Shown: one piece after another, positions 58,837 through 64,000 of the stretch
Position numbering within the stretch: the stretch's first letter is position 1
Layout: the number at the start of each line of letters is the position of its first letter
NCBI RefSeq assembly: GCF_963921235.1
Contig: NC_086109.1
Span: 10,170,001 to 10,234,000, forward strand
Direction of reading: 5' to 3'
Length of the DNA: 64,000 nucleotides
Source of the DNA: Mobula hypostoma
Taxonomy: Eukaryota
Position numbers and translations under genes: made by a program
Notes under the pieces: model-generated
What the model was told of the DNA's origin: nothing
The model's input: the letters and a program-made list of their open reading frames with translations, nothing else
Databases searched by the model: none

Positions 58837-61114
58837 GTACTGGTTCTTTCAGTTAGTTTTAAACATAGAACATAGAATAATGTGTTTTTTTAAAATTATT
58901 GCATTCTTTATCTTATTGTGTTTCTTTTTGTGCTGCGTAGAATCCAGAGCAACAACTATTTCAGTTTCCTTTACAGTTGTGTACTGGAAATGACATTAAA
59001 CAATTTTGAATAGCAATTACTGCACTCTCAGGGCCCAGCTCCAACTGGCATCAAGGTGACGATTGTCAGTGGATGGAAAGTTCAAACTTCGATGCCAGGG
59101 TCAGCAAGGACTAGTTAGACAAAGTTCCCTCTCAATTGTCTTGACACTCCCAGGATAGGGAAGGGACCATAGAGCACTACAGCACAACACAGGCCCTTTG
59201 GATCATGATGTACCAACTTTTTAACCTACTCTAACATTAACCTAATCCTTCTTTTCCACATAGCCCTCCATTTATCAATCATCCATGTTCCTATCTAAAA
59301 GTCTCTTAAATGACCTACTGTATCTGCCTCTACCACTACCCCTTGCAGGGCATTCCACGCATCCACTGCTCCCTGAGTAAAAAAAAACTTACCTCTGATA
59401 TCCCCCCTATACTTCCCTCCATTCAACTTAAAGTGATACCCTGTCACATTAGCCATTTCCACACTGGTTAAAAAGTCTCTGGCTGTCCATGTCATCTATG
59501 CCTCTGTTGGATCTGTTTAATTTCTATCCTTAGGGTTCTTCCAGGAGGCAAAATCCCAAGATTTCTGTTTATTTTAGAGTACAAATTAACCAATTCCCCC
59601 TGGGATTAATAAAGTATGACTATGACTATGAAACAAACATGCAAGTACTAAACAAACTAAATAAAAAGCTGAGAAACAATGTTAAAAGGGGAATTACTGT
59701 TAAGAGGTTTAAGCCAAAGGAATAAAATGTGGCACTTCTTAAAAAATCACTTTTATTGATAAAAGAAATTGCTTAGATACAGCTTAAACTAGCTAACAGG
59801 CTACATAGTTACAACAATTGCATCATGTTGATAATGTGCTAATACTTAGCTATGAAAAATGAGAACGGTGATGAACTGTTAGTTTAGCTGCTATACCGCT
59901 TTCTGCCAGTGTGTGTGAAAAATACATGAGCTTGTTAAAAAGTACAAATCTTATAAAAAGTATTATTAAAAAGTAAACAGTGGTTTCCAATACCTCTTAT
60001 CACCTTGTACATCTGTCAAGTTACTTCTCATCCTTCTTCGCTCCAAAGAGAAAACCCCTAGCTCGCTCACCCTACCCTCTTAATCCAAGTAACATCCTAT
60101 TAAACCTTCTCTGCACATCCTTCCTATAATGAGGCGACCAGAACTGCTTAAATTGTGTTGTGAGAGGTATCTATTGCTTTGACAGAACTATTGTATGGGA
60201 ATTATGATATAACCACTTAAGCCATTGACCCCACGGACTGTTCTGCTACAGACTTTAGAACATAATGGGCAAAAGATATTGAAAACAATATTTCAATGGC
60301 AAAATCGAAATTATTGTCTCATGCACAAGTACATGTGTGCACATGTATAATGAAAAACTTACTTGTAGCAGCTTCACAGGAATAGATCAAAAGATAAGCA
60401 GCATTCGCAAGAAAAGAAAACGTAGATGAATCATAAATACTTATTTTTCAAGAAATAATACAATTAGAACACAAAAAACCCCCAGTCCATTACAGTACCA
60501 GTGAAGGCTCATGTTGCATGTATTTCTGGGTTCTGGTTACTCGTTTTTTTTTGCTGTTTCTTTAATGGTTTAATCAGTGTGATTGATGCAATGTAATCAG
60601 CAAAGGATGCTTTGCCCTGCAGCCTGCAGCAGGCTAGCAAAGCAACACTGAGCTGAACTAAACTGAATACTACTGGACTCCTGGTTTCATGTTTGGTGTT
60701 CTGTGCGTTGTCTCCTCACTTTCTGCCATTGGCGCAATTTGTCCTTTTATCGCGCTTTCTGTGTTTGATGTCTTCTTGAATGGGTTCCATGGTCTTTGTT
60801 TCGCGACTGCCTGTGGGAAGACCAATCTCAGCGTTGTATTCTGTATACGTACTTTGATAATAAATAGACTTTGAATCTTTGAGATGCAAAACGCTGGGCT
60901 GGCAGGTTTTCCAGAATATTTCCATTAATCTTCCACAACACTCTTTTACTGCCTACAAGTGTCACACGGGATTATGATAAATTTCCCAGTGAAAGCAGTG
61001 AGTTTACTGAGATCGTAGGAAGCAGAGTCACTGAGTTTAAAGTGAGCACAGGAAGCAGGGTTCCGGTGTGTTGATAGGAAGTAGGGCTCTCATGAGGTTA
61101 TAGTGAGCACTCAG

Positions 61115-61399
61115 TGTGCACTGCCTCTTCACCAGGCCTCGCCAACAGGCACCAAGACCTTGCCTGGCTGGTGGTGAGAGGGCTCCTCCCTGTGAGATCC
61201 TGCCTGCATGTCTGGAACTTCCGGAAGCATCACTTCCACTGCGGGATGAATGTAGTGGGGAAGAGATGATAGCTCACCTTTTTGCCGACTGTGGGTTTGA
61301 GGAGAGGATGTGGAGAAAGGTGCAAGGGTCTGTATCATGGTTCATCTTAAACAGGGAACACTCTGCTCTACAGGCTGTTCCCAGGGACAGACAGACAGA

Positions 61400-61465
<66 letters not shown>

Positions 61466-61620
61466 CTCACTCTCTCTCTCTCTCTCAGCATAGTGAGGTG
61501 TCTGTAAGGACGGGTTCAGTCCAGGCAGCAGGTTGATGTCCTGAGGGAAACTTGATGAAGCCAATACTAAGGGTCTGAGGGGAAGCACCACAGTCAAGGC
61601 TCCTTGTGCTACCAGACATG
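61115..61620 (+). mobile_element. Tx1/L1-clade LINE 3' remnant
   Basis: DLAWLVVRG..PVRS and RDECSGEEMIAHLFADCGF..MW resemble the C-terminal CCHC (zf-RVT) motif. Confidence 0.7.
61400..61487. repeat. (CA)n(CT)n microsatellite
   Basis: Read directly from the sequence. Confidence 0.95.
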
Positions 61621-61679
61621 GAGGGGCAGGTGTTGGGTTGGGAAGCTCCTGAAATAATGAAAGAGGTATTAAATCAGAT

Positions 61680-61925
61680 TAAGGATTATAGATTAGATTT
61701 ATTTGTCACATGTACACTGAAATATTGAAGCATACAATGAAATCCCTCCTTTGCACCAACGACCAGCACAGTCCACGAATGCTACAGGTGGCAGCCTGCA
61801 GGTATCGCACACTTTTGGCACCAACACTGCATGCCCACAACTGACTAACTCTAACCTGTTCGCCTTTGAAACCTGGGAGGAAACCAGAGCACCCGGAGGA
61901 AACCCACACGGTCACGGGGAGGACA
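61680..61925 (-). mobile_element. V-SINE/HE1-like SINE fragment
   Basis: GGGAGGAAACCAGAGCACCCGGAGGAAACCCACACGGTCACGGGGAG is the antisense V-domain core. Confidence 0.72.
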
Positions 61926-63639
61926 TCAGATTACGTGTTGGGTGTTTATTGTATGCCTCCGACACAAAGACACGTTACGCTGGGCTCTAAATGCAAGAGG
62001 TTCTGCAGATGATGGAAATCCAGAGTATCACACACAAAGAGCTGGAGGAGCTCAGCCGGTTCTGTAGACGGGAGAATGGTCTCTGAACAAAACATCGGTT
62101 GTTTATTTCCCTCCATTGGTGCTGCATGATCTGCTGAGTTCCTCCAGCGTTTCGTAAGTTATGCTAAGTTTTTATTAGTGGACTCTTCTAACCAGAAGCT
62201 TTGTTTATACTGGAGAGATGTTGAAAATTATTAAACACTTGTGCAGGAACACTGCAGTTCCACGCCAAGACTGAAGTGGAAAAAGCGATCAAGGCAATAG
62301 GTCTCAGGCTTCATGCTTGGAGTGAGGAAGGAAAAATATCAGCTGTTTGTACAGAGATTATCTTGTACAGTAAATCAAACAAGTGGAGCTTTATAAATAC
62401 CAGCCTAAGGCCAGTTGGGTCAGGCTCTTATTGAGCTTGCAGGACATGCTGTCAGCAATTTATCTGCGTGACAGAATCCGCCATCAGTAATCAGTTGCTT
62501 TCATGTAATTGTGCATTGTTCAGTGAACCCAGGAGAGTGAAGAGAATCACCTCCAATTGGATCTTACCAAGTATTGAAAGGTCTAGATCAGAGGTTCGAG
62601 GTAAAGAAACTCCAAGCCAATGTGCAACTCCATTTTGCTGATTAAAACTTCCATTATTCGCTGATTAAAGTGAATAATGAGGTGACTGTGGAAGGTGAGC
62701 GCAAACCGCCTGCCTTCTGTTCACTGAACCGGAGAAGGAGCCTGTGTAGCCATTCGCTGTGCCTGGAGGATAGGCCTCGGCGCCTCCCTCTCTTTCAATG
62801 ATCTTGGAGGATGTTGCCGAGGTTCTGCTTTTATGGATTTGAACTATGGACTATGGAGTTTTTCAGTCTTACGGTTTTTATATTCTGTAATCTCTCCCAT
62901 TCTTTCTCATTGCTTTTTGTGTGGGGGATGGGGATTTGGGGCCGATGTTCTTGTTACGTTTCATGCAGGGGGAGGGATGTTTTGGGGGGGGTCAATGGTC
63001 GTGTTGACCTTTTTTTCTGCGGGGGATGGGTCTGCTGGTTCTCTCTGAACTGACTTCCATGGTTTTTCTTTGTTTTGTTGCTAACTGGGGAAGAAGAATC
63101 TCAGAGTTGTATACTGCATACATACTTTGATAATAAATGAACCTTTGAACCTTTGAATCTGTGAAATTCATTACCATAGATGGTGGCGGCTGAATCATTG
63201 GATATACTTAACACGGAGGTTGATAGGTTGTTGTTTAGTAAGGGCATGCATCAAACGTTATGGGTTGAAGGCAGGATAATAAATCAACCATGATGGAATG
63301 GTGGAGCAGACTCAATGGGCTGACAGTCCTAATTCTGCTTCTAAGCCTTATGATCTAATTATGCTCCTGTGGCAGAACATAGTAATACCTGATGAATAAG
63401 CTTTGTGGAGTAGGGCAAAGAAGACAGGCTGTGTTAAACTGCCCTTCGATAGATGAAGCTGAGGTTCAAAGAGCTTTAAACAGAGTAAATGAGCCACAAC
63501 TTTTTCCAGTAGCCGATTGGTTGGTGGTAAAAATCCAGAGGTAGAAAATAATTGGCCAGAAATTCAGACACGCCAACTTGTTACAATCAGGGGTGCAAGA
63601 GCGGTGAACATGAGTTCAGGAATAAGTTTTAGTTGTCCA

Positions 63640-64000
63640 CGTCATTGGTGGGGCCACACTTGGAGAACTGCGTCCACTTCTGATCACCCTGGTATAGAAA
63701 AGACGTGGTCAAACTGGAAAGGGAGCAGAAAATGCTTACGAGGATATTGCCAGGACTCGAGGAGCTGAGTTACAGGGAGAAGTTGGTCAGGATCGGTCTT
63801 CATTCCATGGAGAATGAGGGGTGACCTTATAGAAATGTTTAAAATGATGAGGCATGGATAATGTGGCTGGTAACTGACTTTTCCCCAGGGTAGTGGAATA
63901 TTAAACATGGGGGCATACATTAAGGGTGAGGGGGAAAGGCTTAAAGAGATATGAGGGGCAACCTTTTCACACAGAGGGTGGTGATTATATAGTATGAGCT
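63640..64000 (+). mobile_element. CR1 RT 3' fragment running off the window
   Basis: GGCCACACTTGGAGAACTGCGTCC...TTCACACAGAGGGTGGTG. Confidence 0.8.

Noticed and set aside
58576..58875. 99-aa ORF as a stand-alone gene
   Set aside because: It is an internal PM20D1 exon (58604-58836) plus intronic flanks.
58837..64000. Next PM20D1 exon (expected ...GHDEE motif)
   Set aside because: I found no matching peptide with splice sites, so it presumably lies beyond the window.

Overview
Repeat-dense vertebrate DNA. The repeat landscape (CR1, Rex1/Babar, RTE, Tx1, Penelope, V-SINE/HE1-like SINEs, Tc1, hAT and Harbinger MITEs) suggests a cartilaginous fish, probably a ray; this is inference. The only host gene I can support is the 5' end of PM20D1 (M20 family N-fatty-acyl-amino acid synthase/hydrolase) on the + strand: a CpG-rich CCAAT/GC/TATA promoter at about 46.5 kb, coding exon 1 (46631-46964), an 11.6 kb intron, and the next exon (58604-58836). 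The remaining exons lie beyond the window. The most interesting non-obvious signal is a dispersed family of minimal type I hammerhead ribozyme motifs (AGUC-CUGANGA-A-stem II-GAAA-CGUC/GACU). They sit in the terminal repeat of a Penelope-like retroelement whose GIY-YIG endonuclease remnants are also present. Two copies have an intact core (22962-22997 minus, 42528-42563 plus), one of them inside a 149-bp insertion with a 14-bp target duplication. Several variant copies and fold-back pairs lie in PM20D1 intron 1. Other highlights are a near full-length CR1 with an SGNH-esterase ORF1, nested insertion series with readable TSDs, and an apparent fusion of the first two mammalian PM20D1 exons. Repeat boundaries without a TSD or TIR are approximate, and no database search was possible.
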